From Neoechinorhynchus agilis (Eukaryota; Animalia; Acanthocephala), in assembly GCA_051530055.1 (NCBI GenBank), contig CM121341.1:9526784-9590783 (forward strand): DNA of 64,000 nucleotides, given 5' to 3'. This document shows, in pieces, positions 48,120-60,994 of this stretch. Within the stretch, counting starts at the first letter, position 1. Each line of letters starts with the position of its first letter. A program made the translations under genes and the position numbers. The notes under the pieces are model-generated. The model made no database searches, was not told the DNA's origin, and saw only the letters and a list, made by a program, of their open reading frames with translations.

Positions 48120-49250
48120 CTACAAAGGAGGGTTTTGATCGCTCTCCTCCTCATCGGCCAAAATCTTTGCTTGGTCTTCCTCGTTCTGTTTATTTTGTTC
48201 CACTACGGATGATTCCACAATATGGTACTCACTAAATCCTTGATTTTCGCCATTAAAATCGTCGATCTCTTGTTCGCTACTAACAGCCGCATTTTTGCTC
48301 TGAGGTTGACTGGATTTTGAAAAAGCAGTAGGGAAAACGATAGCTAAAACACTCATGTTGTCGCGTGATCCTTCGTTCAAGCATTTGTCTAGGAGATTAT
48401 GTAACGTATCACGAAGCACATGGCATTCAGAGTTTGGCGGACAATTTGAAATTCCATCCACAACGAAGGTCATGACAGCTTCATTGGAGGCTACGTCGAA
48501 AATCCCGTCGCAAGCGAGAATAACTAGCTCATCTTCACCAGTACGACGTTCAATCACTTTGATATCCGCTTCGGAGCTCACCATTTGACACCTTGGTTCC
48601 ATCTGTCGGTCTTCTTTATAATCAAAATCACCCAGAGCGCGACTGACGGCCAAAGATCCATTTACTCGCTGGAGAATCACTTGCCCACCGGCTGCAACGA
48701 TACGTCTTTTTTCGTCATCATCAACGGGTTTGTGGTCAATCGTGCTGAAAAACACGGAACCATTACGAACAAGGAATCCTCGCGAGTCCCCGAGATTGAT
48801 GAAGTACATTAGTTTTCGTGTAAGAAGACAACCGACAAAGGTCGATCCACCTCGTTCGTTCGGGTTTCCGCCTGGCGGAACTGGAGGCAAAGGAAGGTCT
48901 CGAATTTTCTCATCCAACGCGTAAATTGCATTGCGCAAAGCCTTCATTATTCCATCCGAAGACCGATCAGCACCCAATTGATCCACCTGATTTTCCAACT
49001 CATCTACGAAGTGATCGGAAGCGTATTTACTGACAGATGAACCCGCATGACCGTCTAGAATAGCGAAAAACGAATACGTAAATGGGGGGCCATTCGACGT
49101 AACGTAAGTTTTATCCCAACTTGCAATCCTAGCATCTTCCATCTCAGTACGCCACCCTTGCATTTCCGCTGTACAGAATATCGCATCTCCTTCAAACTTA
49201 CTGAACACTGACTTCTTGATTGTAACTGGCTTGTCCAGAAAGACGCCCAT
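48120..49250 (-). CDS. PPM1A: Protein phosphatase 2C (PPM1A/B-type), intronless
   Basis: The true start is probably MGVFLDKP (ATG 49250). All metal-binding motifs are present: MQGWRTEMED, DGHAG, NLGDSR, DHKP, LACDGIFDV, GSRDNMS. A versus B is not resolved. Confidence 0.92.
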   Translation of the reverse strand: MGVFLDKPVTIKKSVFSKFEGDAIFCTAEMQGWRTEMEDARIASWDKTYVTSNGPPFTYSFFAILDGHAGSSVSKYASDHFVDELENQVDQLGADRSSDGIMKALRNAIYALDEKIRDLPLPPVPPGGNPNERGGSTFVGCLLTRKLMYFINLGDSRGFLVRNGSVFFSTIDHKPVDDDEKRRIVAAGGQVILQRVNGSLAVSRALGDFDYKEDRQMEPRCQMVSSEADIKVIERRTGEDELVILACDGIFDVASNEAVMTFVVDGISNCPPNSECHVLRDTLHNLLDKCLNEGSRDNMSVLAIVFPTAFSKSSQPQSKNAAVSSEQEIDDFNGENQGFSEYHIVESSVVEQNKQNEEDQAKILADEEESDQNPPL

Positions 49251-49334
49251 CTGAAACATGCGAAAGATTAAAACCATGGGGCGGAGAGCGGAACACAGTC
49301 AAACCGGTACCCAGCCGCGGTCTCCTTGTTAACA

Positions 49335-51675
49335 ACAAACAGCAAAACAATACATCAGGCCACTAAAATTGATCGCCCTTTTAACCGACGAGATCCTTAA
49401 AAAACTCTAGAACCGATCAATCTTTAAAAAAAACTAGAAAATGACGAATTCAAAAGTGAACAAAGACCCTAAGGCGTCTGAGGAACACTCCACGCTTCAA
49501 TCTTGCCGTCCATCACAAACAATAAACAAAAAAGCCGCAGTTTCCATAGAAAATAAAAGCAGCAAAACAAAACATCAGGCCACTAAAATTGATCGCTCTT
49601 TTAACCGACGAGATCCTTAAAAACTCTAGAACCGATCAATCTTAAAAAAACTAGAAAATGACGAATTCAAAAGTGAACAAAGACCCTAAGGCGTCTGAGG
49701 AACACTCCACGCTTCAATCTTGCCGTCCATCACAAACAATAAACAAAAAAGCCGCAGTTTCCATAGAAAATAAAAGCAGCAAAACAAAACATCAGGCCAC
49801 TAAAATTGATCGCTCTTTTAACCGACGAGATCCTTAAAAAACTCTAGAACCGATCAATCTTTAAAAAAACTAGAAAATGACGAATTCAAAAGTGAACAAA
49901 GGCCCTAAGGCGTCTGAGGAACACTCCACGCTTCAATCTTGCCGTCCATCACAAACAATAAACAAAAAAGCCGCAGTTTCCATAGAAAATAAAAGCAGCA
50001 AAAAAACATCAGGCCACTAAAATTGATCGCTCTTTTAACCGACGAGATCCTTAAAAAACTCTAGAACCGATCAATCTTTAAAAAAACTAGAAAATGACGA
50101 ATTCAAAAGTGAACAAAGACCCTAAGGCGTCTGAGGAACACTCCACGCTTCAATCTTGCCGTCCATCACAAACAATAAACAAAAAAGCCGCAGTTTCCAT
50201 AGAAAATAAAAGCAGCAAAACAAAACATCAGGCCACTAAAATTGATCGCTCTTTTAACCGACGAGATCCTTAAAAAACTCTAGAACCGATCAATCTTAAA
50301 AAAACTAGAAAATGACGAATTCAAAAGTGAACAAAGACCCTAAGGCGTCTGAGGAACACTCCACGCTTCAATCTTGCCGTCCATCACAAACAATAAACAA
50401 AAAAGCCGCAGTTTCCATAGAAAATAAAAGCAGCAAAACAAAACATCAGGCCACTAAAATTGATCGCTCTTTTAACCGACGAGATCCTTAAAAAACTCTA
50501 GAACCGATCAATCTTAAAAAAACTAGAAAATGACGAATTCAAAAGTGAACAAAGACCCTAAGGCGTCTGAGGAACACTCCACGCTTCAATCTTGCCGTCC
50601 ATCACAAACAATAAACAAAAAAGCCGCAGTTTCCATAGAAAATAAAAGCAGCAAAACAAAACATCAGGCCACTAAAATTGATCGCTCTTTTAACCGACGA
50701 GATCCTTAAAAAACTCTAGAACCGATCAATCTTAAAAAAACTAGAAAATGACGAATTCAAAAGTGAACAAAGACCCTAAGGCGTCTGAGGAACACTCCAC
50801 GCTTCAATCTTGCCGTCCATCACAAACAATAAACAAAAAAGCCGCAGTTTCCATAGAAAATAAAAGCAGCAAAACAAAACATCAGGCCACTAAAATTGAT
50901 CGCTCTTTTAACCGACGAGATCCTTAAAAAACTCTAGAACCGATCAATCTTTAAAAAAACTAGAAAATGACGAATTCAAAAGTGAACAAAGACCCTAAGG
51001 CGTCTGAGGAACACTCCACGCTTCAATCTTGCCGTCCATCACAAACAATAAACAAAAAAGCCGCAGTTTCCATAGAAAATAAAAGCAGCAAAACAAAACA
51101 TCAGGCCACTAAAATTGATCGCTCTTTTAACCGACGAGATCCTTAAAAAACTCTAGAACCGATCAATCTTTAAAAAACTAGAAAATGACGAATTCAAAAG
51201 TGAACAAAGACCCTAAGGCGTCTGAGGAACACTCCACGCTTCAATCTTGCCGTCCATCACAAACAATAAACAAAAAAGCCGCAGTTTCCATAGAAAATAA
51301 AAGCAGCAAAACAAAACATCAGGCCACTAAAATTGATCGCTCTTTTAACCGACGAGATCCTTAAAAAATCTAGAACCGATCAATCTTTAAAAAAACTAGA
51401 AAATGACGAATTCAAAAGTGAACAAAGACCCTAAGGCGTCTGAGGAACACTCCACGCTTCAATCTTGCCGTCCATCACAAACAATAAACAAAAAAGCCGC
51501 AGTTTCCATAGAAAATAAAAGCAGCAAAACAAAACATCAGGCCACTAAAATTGATCGCTCTTTTAACCGACGAGATCCTTAAAAAACTCTAGAACCGATC
51601 AATCTTTAAAAAAACTAGAAAATGACGAATTCAAAAGTGAACAAAGGCCCTAAGGCGTCTGAGGAACACTCCACG
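49335..51675. repeat. Tandem array F, about 218-bp unit, about 10.7 copies
   Basis: ATCAGGCCACT anchor spacings are 217-220. Units differ mainly in A-tract length. Confidence 0.97.
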
Positions 51676-52229
51676 CCAAACGCAAAACAAGCCGAGTTCC
51701 GGACAAAGTGTTCAGAATGCTTGCATCAAGACGAGTGGGGTGCACAGTTTAAGGTTCTTCCGGTTGAGAAGCGCACGAATTGTGTAACGGGCAGATTTTG
51801 CGCGTCCAAAGATCTCTTCCGTTACTATGGAAACGACGGGACTTGAAGCGTTTTTTTTGCCATTTACGGCGGATGAATTTTAATAATTTTGTTTAGTGCA
51901 ATATTTCGGCTTTGCAAGTTTTCTACTATTTAAACTAACTGTAAAGAATCGAAATACAGAAAATAATTTACTTTTAATATCTCGTCCTCTACATAAGACC
52001 AGAATTTTTTGAACAATTGCGAAAAACCAAGTCAACGGGAAAATTAGGAATTTCTCTTTATGAAAATAAACACTTCTTTCCCTTAGTAACAAATAAATTC
52101 TGAGGAATTCCCACTTAAATGACGCAATGTTAAAATTTTCTCTCATTCGCCTTGAAAAAAAACCGTGAGGGAAGCTTAAGGTAGAATTCGTTGGTTAGAA
52201 AGTAATTTTAAAAGAAACTTTAATTACAT

Positions 52230-53475
52230 TGATGGAGAAGAGTTCGAAATTAAAATTGGCGAGATTTTGCGTCGACGATCGCTCACTTGGGCTCATAATC
52301 TTGAGAATCTTCGAAACGTATTTTTAGACTTGGTTATGAAGAGTTACAAACACTTGGCTGTTTGTTGACATTTCAATCAAAACCATTTCGTTCTTGTCAG
52401 TCTCACTCCGTTTTGGTCCTTAAATCTTAAATTCTTTAAATGTCTCTTGATGAAAAATTGCAAAGTAAAATCATCGAGAAAATCCTTCGAGATGATAGAG
52501 TTCGCGTCCCAACGGATAAAATGGATATTTTAAAAAAAAAGTTGTTTTACATCAATCTCGGAACCTTCGAAAGGCTCATTTTCTCTATATACAGCGAGTT
52601 TCTGTTCTCCTCGAGAGATTTATTAGAGAAAATTAAGAGAATTTATTGAAGTGTTTTTGGAGGCTTTATTAAGATTGCTTTTCGGGTATATTAGAATAAA
52701 TCCTTTTAAGTTTTACTCGAAATATCTCTCATTAAAATACGGAATTTTAAAAAATTAACTGAACAGTTTCACACCATCAACAATCTCATCATTAAAGTTC
52801 TTAATTTGAGCAATAAAATGTGTTAACTAGATTGGAGCTCAAATTTTAAATAGACGAACATCTACGGATTTTGAGTGGAGTGTTTTCAAAAATGAGATTC
52901 AGTTTGACAGTGTAATTATGAAGGTTTCAGTACAATAACATTTAATTATTTTAAAAAGACCAGAATATCAAATAGGTTTGCTATCCAAAAAATGATTTTT
53001 CGTTTCAAAGATTAAGAAGTATCAGTAGAGTTACCACAACTTGATCGTTTAGAAGAAAAAAACACACGATATGTCGAACTTATTGAACCTCGAAGTCGCA
53101 CAAATTCGATAGCCGCATATTTCCAAGACTTTCACAGGTTGGATGCCAAAATGATTTCTGGGTTCGTGGCAAATTTTACAATTTGTATTCGTTAGCTTGA
53201 CGACATTTCCGTCTATTGAAGAAAAAAAGTCACGGTCTGAAAAGTTAGTATTGCGGACAAAATATAACGCAGAAGATCTGAAGGGAGTTCTAAATTCTCA
53301 TCTTATCGCAAACTTTGATAACTTGACAGGCAACGTTATTGCGTTTCTGTCTCAATTTATCATCCTATCTCTTGTAAATTTAATTAAGATTTTCAAATAT
53401 TCAACATCAAAAGTTGAGAGTGATCTATGTTGGAAGGAGACTAATTATGATGATGACATTTTGAAGGCACACTGA
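52230..53475 (+). CDS. Unassigned coding-like region (possible multi-exon gene)
   Basis: Several same-strand open segments with protein-like composition (52440-52649, about 53020-53190, 53197-53475). No family recognised. Confidence 0.25.
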
Positions 53476-53482
53476 GCTTAAA

Positions 53483-53939
53483 GCTATCATCAGCATGGTA
53501 TTGAACTCCTTCCACGCCCGCTCTGATGGCAACCGACCGGATGGAAATTTTACTTGCTGTAAAGAATAGAGATTAATTCTCTTTTTTAGGTCTAAAAAAG
53601 TAGGTCAAAGACCTGAAGAAAATTGTGCGAAAAAAGAGAATTAATATCAATTTTTCTCTTATCATCAAAAAGAACACATAATTTTACTTGTGAAGAAATG
53701 GAAAATGCCTAGTCTGGGACGCCAAGTGGGTTGATTCGGTGGCAACACTTTGGTGCTGCGTCCTCGGTGAAAAAGAAGTGTCAAAATATGTCGGATTGAG
53801 ATACGAACACGATTTCGTGCCATTCGAGGCGCTTGGGGATTAGGCTATTAAACTATGGGACGAAATTGGGCCGTCGAGTAAAGGAATCGACCACCAGAGG
53901 TTAAACATAGCGAATGCAAAGCGACGGAACTCTGCCAGT
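53483..53939 (+). mobile_element. CRE-clade RLE remnant
   Basis: RSDGNRPDG (53519-53545, RLE catalytic PD), YEHDFVPFEALG and QRLNIANAKRRNSAS (decayed QRLSIAxQRGNAAS). Interrupted by AT-rich DNA. Confidence 0.65.
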
Positions 53940-54971
53940 ATTATATTTTATACTGCGAAATAATTTAAAAGTGAAAATTCTTGTTTTTTGGACGCATTCA
54001 CGAGACCTCAAAATCGGAAAAGTGAATTTAGTCCGACTGTACACTTAAACATGACACTTTCATTCTTTAAAAATAAAAGTGCTGATTATTTACGAATTCT
54101 TTAAGACTTTCTTCTATTTGCTCAATAACACTTTTATAGCATTCCTCATTTAAAAATCGATGCTTGTTGATTGGTGAACGACAGATGAAGATAAAAAGTT
54201 TTCATGTTATCTATTTTTCGCCATTTTAAAAAGAAACGCGATACCGATTTCTCCATGAATTTCTCAAATAGTATTTTCTAAAGTGAATTTTCTCTCTAGC
54301 ACTCATTTTGGATGTAAAACACGAAAAGACTCGAAATAAACTATCGTTTTCTGAGCAGCCTTAACCGTGGTTCAAATTCTCTAATCACTGAAATAGAAAT
54401 CAGATGCCGATCTCGAATCCACTCGCCAGTGCCATTCCAGATTAAACAACATTTTCGTGCGTCTCATTGATAAAATATAAATCTAGAATTTACAAATCAA
54501 TATCATAATCGACGCTTGTGACGCTTCAAAAAATAGATATTGATGTTTATCGAACAAACAAATCAATTACGACATTAAGTTCGCCAAATTCATTTTCTTC
54601 AAAATACTCTTAAGACACCTTTGAATTTGTCGATATGTGAGGTAGAGGGAAATGTGATTATTGAAATTATTGTTTACAAGTCTAAACTCGCGGTCAGTTT
54701 GTTAGTAATAAAGGAATGCTACTAACAAACTGATGATGAATCATTTTTCCAAAATCGCTCAATATCTCCCTCGTTTAGTAACCCTTATCTAAAATTTTCA
54801 TCTCAGACAATAGAATAACATTAATATATAAGGATGAGAAATCGTCAAAAAAAGTTCATATTTTTCCCTGATATCCGGACCTTTATGATCAATCAAACTA
54901 TAAATATTCATGTGTGAGCGTACAAAAACTCTTAGTCCATAGAATGTTAATTGACACAACCAGTGCTTGGT

Positions 54972-57900
54972 TCATACTACTTGAGCAAATGTACGAATCT
55001 GCGAAAGGAGCGATTGTGCACTGGGTCTTTTAGTTGGATCCACAAGCCAGCATTGACGAACGAAATCAAAAATCATTTTCGAAATCTTAGAAAATCTTCT
55101 AGTTTTTAAAGAATACTTGAAGGGCATTTGTACTTACCTCTGACAATGCTGCGATGCTCTCGTCCAGATAAGGTCGAACCATCTTTTCACATACAATGAA
55201 GCGAACTTCAGCAATCGATGGACTATCACCCAATACGTCCCCATAGGCCGGCATGTATTCTCGATCAGGTTCATCTTATATTTAAGAGAATTAGGATTAA
55301 AGAGGAAAATTTCAGCATCAATAACTCAGACAAATGCTAGAACGCATTTTCCTGTGGCGCCAATCACTTTGAAAAATGAGACAGTTCAATCAGGAGATGG
55401 TTTCTATATAATCATTTGATTTTTTTTTAATTCTAGTCAGTCCGTAACTTTTGTGTACCAAGGAAAAATTATCAGCCGTGAAACAAAAAATGGTTAACAA
55501 TTTCTAAATTCTAGCATAACGATACATTTTTGGATGTATCCAAGATTTCCTAAAAAAAAAGAATATACTTACCCTGTATTAAACGTGTACGATTTACAAC
55601 CTCCCACATGCATAGCCCAAGCGAATAAATATCCGCCGGTGGGTATGTTGAAAAGTCCATTAAATCGGCCTTCATTGAAATTAGTTCCGGTGCTAGATAG
55701 CGCATAGTTCCTAGCGGCCAATTCTGACTTCCGTCAGCGATTTCCTTCAAGCATTCATCATTGTCCACAATGGCCATACCGAAATCAGCTAAGCAAGTTG
55801 ATTTCAAAAGATCATTTCCCCAAGAGAACAATGAAATCCACTTTGTAGACAGCACGACCCAGTCAAGTCATTCATTAAAATATTGCTCGCTTTGATGTCA
55901 CAATGAGCGACTGCGAGTTTTTGATTTTTACAAGAAGGCAGATAGCTTTGTCCTCGGAGGGTACAATGCAAGTAACTCAATGCACGAGACAAAGATCGAA
56001 ATATGTTTATAGTTTGACCAATGTCTAACATTTGGTTCCGAATTGTTGTTTCTAGAGTTCCCAGTTCATGGTATTGTGTAACGATGACGTATTTGATTGA
56101 CGATTGATCGATGATTTTGTCAGCAAACAACACTTCGAGGATGTTGGGATGTTGAACAAATGGTCCGGAACATTCTTGATATGCTCGAATCTCTCGTCGC
56201 CATGAGGGTTCGCGATTTGTTTGGAATATTTTGACAGCACATTCGAGATCGTCGTTCAAATGAGCGTACCAAACGTGGCTATATCGTCCATTTGCGATCA
56301 GGTTGACTGGTTTGATGAAAGACGAGAGATTTGGAGATGAGGGTTCGCTGTCGCTAACAGGCGGCTCTTTGCCGTGCTTCCAAAATTTCCATCTTAATGG
56401 GGAAACGTATAGTCACATTCTTAACTCAGTAAATTATTAAAATGATACTCGGTACGTTTGAAATAATCACTTGAGCCAAAAATAAGGTCAAATTGTTGTT
56501 TCTTTTGATAATAAGAAAACATAATTTAACCGTTATCTTTTGGCAATCAACCACATTTAGTGTTTTCAAAAACCTAATTTGTGCTGGTTTCTTACCGTTA
56601 AAGATTTTAGCGTTGTTGCCGTTAAGGGGAATTATCGCAAAATAAGTTTTTTTCCATCGCCAAATATCACCAACAAGGATATTTCTAATATTTTATCCTT
56701 TCGCACTTCGAATTGAGTAATAAAGAGCAGCTTTTTGAAATTCTTAAATTTCAAAAGCTCCAATTCTCTTCTAATCCGAACAATATAGTTCGTTTGAAAG
56801 CGAAATTTCCGAAACTGTACCAAAGCGGACTTTATGCTCAATAATGATCAAATTGATAAGTAGTTCGGTTGTGGTAAAACCAGAGGCAAGGTTTTTCATC
56901 CCCTTTTCTTACAAATGCAATATTCATGCAAAATGATTTTCTGCTGAGTTTTTTCTCATAGATTGCTCCCAGAGAATCTCCTTAATATTAACGTATCGGA
57001 AATCGATTTCAGAATATTGGAAAAAAATCATTTTCTTATGAGTTTACTAAGACAATAAATACTGCAATGATTACTGCAAGCAACAGACGATGGAATGAAT
57101 CTTAAAAAAACCAAAACATAGAGAAAATCTTAGTAAAGCAGAAACTCTAGCTTACCCAATAACGAACAAAAATATTGCGACGATGAACGTCGATAGAATA
57201 GAAGGAACAATTATCCTGATCGGCGTCATATTTTCACTTATCAACGACATACTCGGCGCACTGTGAACACTTCCCATATAATCCCAACTTATATTTCTGT
57301 TGCAATACGATTTGTGATTACAACACCTGATCCGAGCTGTTGGACGATAATAACGATTAGGAGCTCGTTTATAGTCAAAAGCGAGACACTAAGCGAAGAA
57401 ATTTTTAAATCTATGTGCACAGAACGATACTTACTGTAAGTTTAGCCATTTGACCTTTCAGACACCCGGACGTCTTTATTAGTCTTCGTTTCCCATCAAC
57501 TACAAAGATTTCTTCACTTTTGAAACAATATCCGTTCAATTGAGAGACATTGCATGTGCCGATCGATACTTTATTGTTGTTCAGTTGGTGTTCATCGCAA
57601 GAAATCATGCCGAGAGCTTTCCTGGTAAAAGGTTCGACGTCTAATCAACCGCTTGGTGCACGCTGTCGTGATGGCGAATTGATAACGTTAAATGTTCAAT
57701 TTTAGCCCCGTCAATGGGCCATAAATTGTGATATTATTCTCGGGAATGGATGTGGAAGGAATGAATTTGAACGCCGAGAACGGGTAGCGATATCGGACAG
57801 ACTGGTTTAGTCATCTCGAAATTTGCGAGATGAGAGATAACTTGAAACGCTCGAAAGGAACCCGGGCGCATAGATAATGTAAAAACGCCAAGCGTTATTA

Positions 57901-57995
57901 TCTTCTATTCGCTCATGCGATATAACTGATTGAAACATTGATATGATGACGACCGAGAAGATTAAAAAGTTAACCATATTTAGCTGTCTTTTCAT
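54972..57995 (-). CDS. TGF-beta superfamily type II receptor Ser/Thr kinase, multi-exon
   Basis: Signal-peptide exon, Cys-rich ectodomain with cysteine box CCNHKSYCN, TM helix and no GS box. The kinase has CAVKIF, HPNIL, AHCDIK, DFG, GTMRYLAPE, ADIYSLGL..WE and CWLVDPTKRPSA. Confidence 0.88.
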
Positions 57996-58193
57996 TTTAA
58001 AAAGAATAATCATGGAAGTGTCTCAACATTCCTGTTAACGGTAATAAGTATATTTGGACTTACCTCATTTGAATCGTTTTTGCACTTTCAACTCGTCCAA
58101 TGTTTAGATTGAAATTCTAAGGCATCATCGCTTTTTAATCAACGCGAATCATTTAATTAGAGACAAAAGGTATTTGCAAACATTCACGCCACA

Positions 58194-58310
58194 GCTCCGT
58201 CGTGGTTTAATGGTCCAAAAGGTCCGATGCAAACAAGAGGAATGCTCCTGATCTAGGATCGCCAATGATTCGTCTGAGTCTCATAGACAATCGATTGAAC
58301 AGGTTCTGTG
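58194..58310 (+). mobile_element. tRNA-derived SINE-like element, copy 3
   Basis: A-box-like TGGTTTAATGG (58203-58213), B-box-like GGATCGCCA about 45 nt downstream, and the shared body. Confidence 0.5.
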
Positions 58311-58907
58311 GTACCAATGATTTTAATCAATATCCTTAAAATCTAAGGATCGATAAATGAACAAAACCATTCTTGCTAAATATTGCAATTTTTGCTTACG
58401 TTTTCCAATCTATCGTTTTCGATACATGCATTCTTTGGACAGAATTGTTTGTCGATCTAACTTCACAAATGAACTATTTTTGCAAAAGAAAAATGTGCCT
58501 CGCCACTTTAGTGAAGCAGGATAATCGCTTCGATCACGATTTTCTATCTGCACCAAAACAAAATGTTTGACGGTTATAAGTTTCATAAGTCCAAGAGTAG
58601 TTTGTCGATGAAAAATTGTAGAACACTAAAATTGACAAGATTATATTGTCAACATGAAATAATTAGCTTTTTTCTAGACGTTCAAACAAAACAGAATGCG
58701 GATGACTGAGATTTAAAAAAGGTAGGAAATGAAAATAGTAAGTATAGCAAGATTTGGTACAATGATAGAAGCAATGCGACACTCCTTACCTAAAGAAAAC
58801 TAACGCAAAATCAATTAGTTGTTGAAGCGTTTGAACGGAATAAAATCTTCGTTAATGCCAATAATCTAGTTCATAATTTTCCGAAAAGAAATTAAATCAC
58901 ATGCATT

Positions 58908-60863
58908 TCAATCATTCATGTTCTTACTAAAGAATCCATTATAATCTAACCGAGTAAGATACTGCCCTAAAGCCGTGGAAGCATCTGTACGACCGATTCC
59001 AAAATCCCGACCGTCTTGTTTCAATTTCAACATTACATTAAACATCAACTGTGAGCTCTTTTGAAACTTCGACTTTATCGCGTCAATCGATCTTTGGTAC
59101 ATGAGCTCATTTTTCGCCATTCCAGGCAATGCCTCGCAAAATTCATGGATGATATGAAGGCAGTCTTTTAAAGACGATATTATATGCTGATCGTCCGTTA
59201 CGAAACATTGGCTGTTAATGTTTCGAATGAGCGTAGAAAAGGCATCAGTGAGTTGATCCAGCTTTGATGATTGGTCGTTAGATTGGTGATCATTTAAAAA
59301 ACGATGGAACTCATGTTCAATCACATCGACGTGAATGTAATATATGAGATTCCGAACGAAATGACTCATTATTGATCGAACATAAAAGAGATTACGGCAG
59401 GAGGTTCTCGTCTGGCGTTGATGGCACTTTAAGACGTACCAACAGTCGCCTAGTTTCCGTTCTATCCCGTACAAACGTCTAATTAACAAATTAATTGAAT
59501 CGAATTCCTCACAGATGTATAAGCCGTAAGACGCTACGGAGTTAGCTCGAAACAGCATCGAGACGGGCCATTTGAACTGGATACGAATCTGAGTTTCAAC
59601 CGGTAGAGAGTTTTCTTTAAAGACGATTGACTCAATCTTCTTTTTTGTCTTAGAAAAATAGAATAATTTCTAAGGATGATCGTGACATTTTGTCTTTAAC
59701 AGAAAACTGGTTACTTTTCTGACGATATTTTGAATACTATTTCAACGCCTAAAAAAGCTGAAAAAGCTCCGAACTAGTACATTGCAAGGTTCACGATAAG
59801 ATTCCATTGTTTCAAAAATATTAGTTTTCAATCAAAAAGCTATAAACGTATTAATCGTAGGACATTAAAAATGGATATCACAATCACTTAGCCATATCAC
59901 CGAATGAGTCGAATCATCATAAGAAGTTCGCAAACGAGGTCATATCTCCTTAAGAGTCCATAATCCCTTAATACGCTCAAACTATTAAAAACCTGATTAT
60001 CCTTCACCAGAAGTTCATAAAGCTCGTTAGACTGATGATCGTATACTTGGACGATTGTCTGGGTCAGTTCCCAGTCAGTTATAGCCCTACTTTCATCTGC
60101 TAAAAGTCGATCGAACATTTGCTGGGTTTCCTTGTGCCCTTTATTTTCATGTCGTCTTAACTTTCCAATAAAAAGGACAAGACGTGCCGTTGGCGTAGTG
60201 AGTATTGTTGGAAGGCAACTCATTCGCAGGCAGCTTTCGTGCTGATCAATAAAGAACTCTAGTTTTGGATCTATGGAATTGAATGTTGAACACATCCAAC
60301 ACTTGATTTGCCTCACCAGAACTTTAAGGCACGCATTACTTAGTTTCTGAAGGTATTTGTCCTTTACCGAAATGAATTTAGTTTTGTTACCCCATTGTAA
60401 TATTCATTTCGTTCTGTAACTCATTATCGACCGACTTATCATAGTATCTATAGACAATATCGATCAAATCACCGGGACAATCGATTTTCCGTTCACATTC
60501 CTCAATCAAACTTTTAATCGTTGACAGCCAATATGCCCATTTGCGAGAAAGGATATAAAAATCGATCGGAGTGACGTTGGCATCGCTGATTGGTAGATCT
60601 AATCCTTTAACGAATTCAATGTAATCTAATAGGAAACTTTTAGAGAGACAATATGCGATCGCTTCTTGAAGCAGACTGCTATCGAGATCGAATGGCTTGT
60701 TGGCAAACGTCCTTAAATAAGCGTAATCACGGCCAAGTTCTGCGAGTTTATTGCATATTTCCATTTCGGCTTTCGTAAGAGAATCTCGAGTTTCAAAAAC
60801 CGGGGAAACTTTGCCAAGAAGTAGACAGTTGTAAAGAATGGGCGAATTCAAGAAATGAGGCAT
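58908..60863 (-). CDS. TUBGCP4: Gamma-tubulin complex component 4, multi-exon
   Basis: N-terminus AEMEICNKLAELGRDY (compare SETSVLNRLCRLGTDY), QIKCWM..EFFI, FKWPVSMLF, NLIYYIHVDVIE and terminal YLTRLDYN. The WP, VDV.E and RLDYN motifs favour GCP4 over GCP2/3. Confidence 0.8.
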
Positions 60864-60994
60864 CAATGAGCGTCTGAAATGGGAAGTCCAATACAAACTG
60901 TAATCGCGCCTATCTTTCACAATATGGTAAAATCCTAGTTAAAACAAAATTATTTTCATTTAAATGTGTAAAATATAATAATTGATATAAATTT

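Noticed and set aside
48018-48924. Plus-strand ORFs opposite PPM1, and similar antisense ORFs over the LRR, VPS18, FAN1 and LINE regions
   Set aside because: They are shadow ORFs of real genes on the other strand.
49905-49935. CTGAGGA hairpin in array F as a ribozyme
   Set aside because: There is no GAAA or helix III; it is only a short hairpin.
18655-51675. CRISPR-like arrays
   Set aside because: Units are 100-330 bp and identical along their whole length, with no unique spacers. The context is eukaryotic and has no cas genes.
54360-54420. tRNA gene suggested by GGTTCAAATTC
   Set aside because: There is no A box or cloverleaf, and no complete tRNA or rRNA gene was recognised anywhere in the window.
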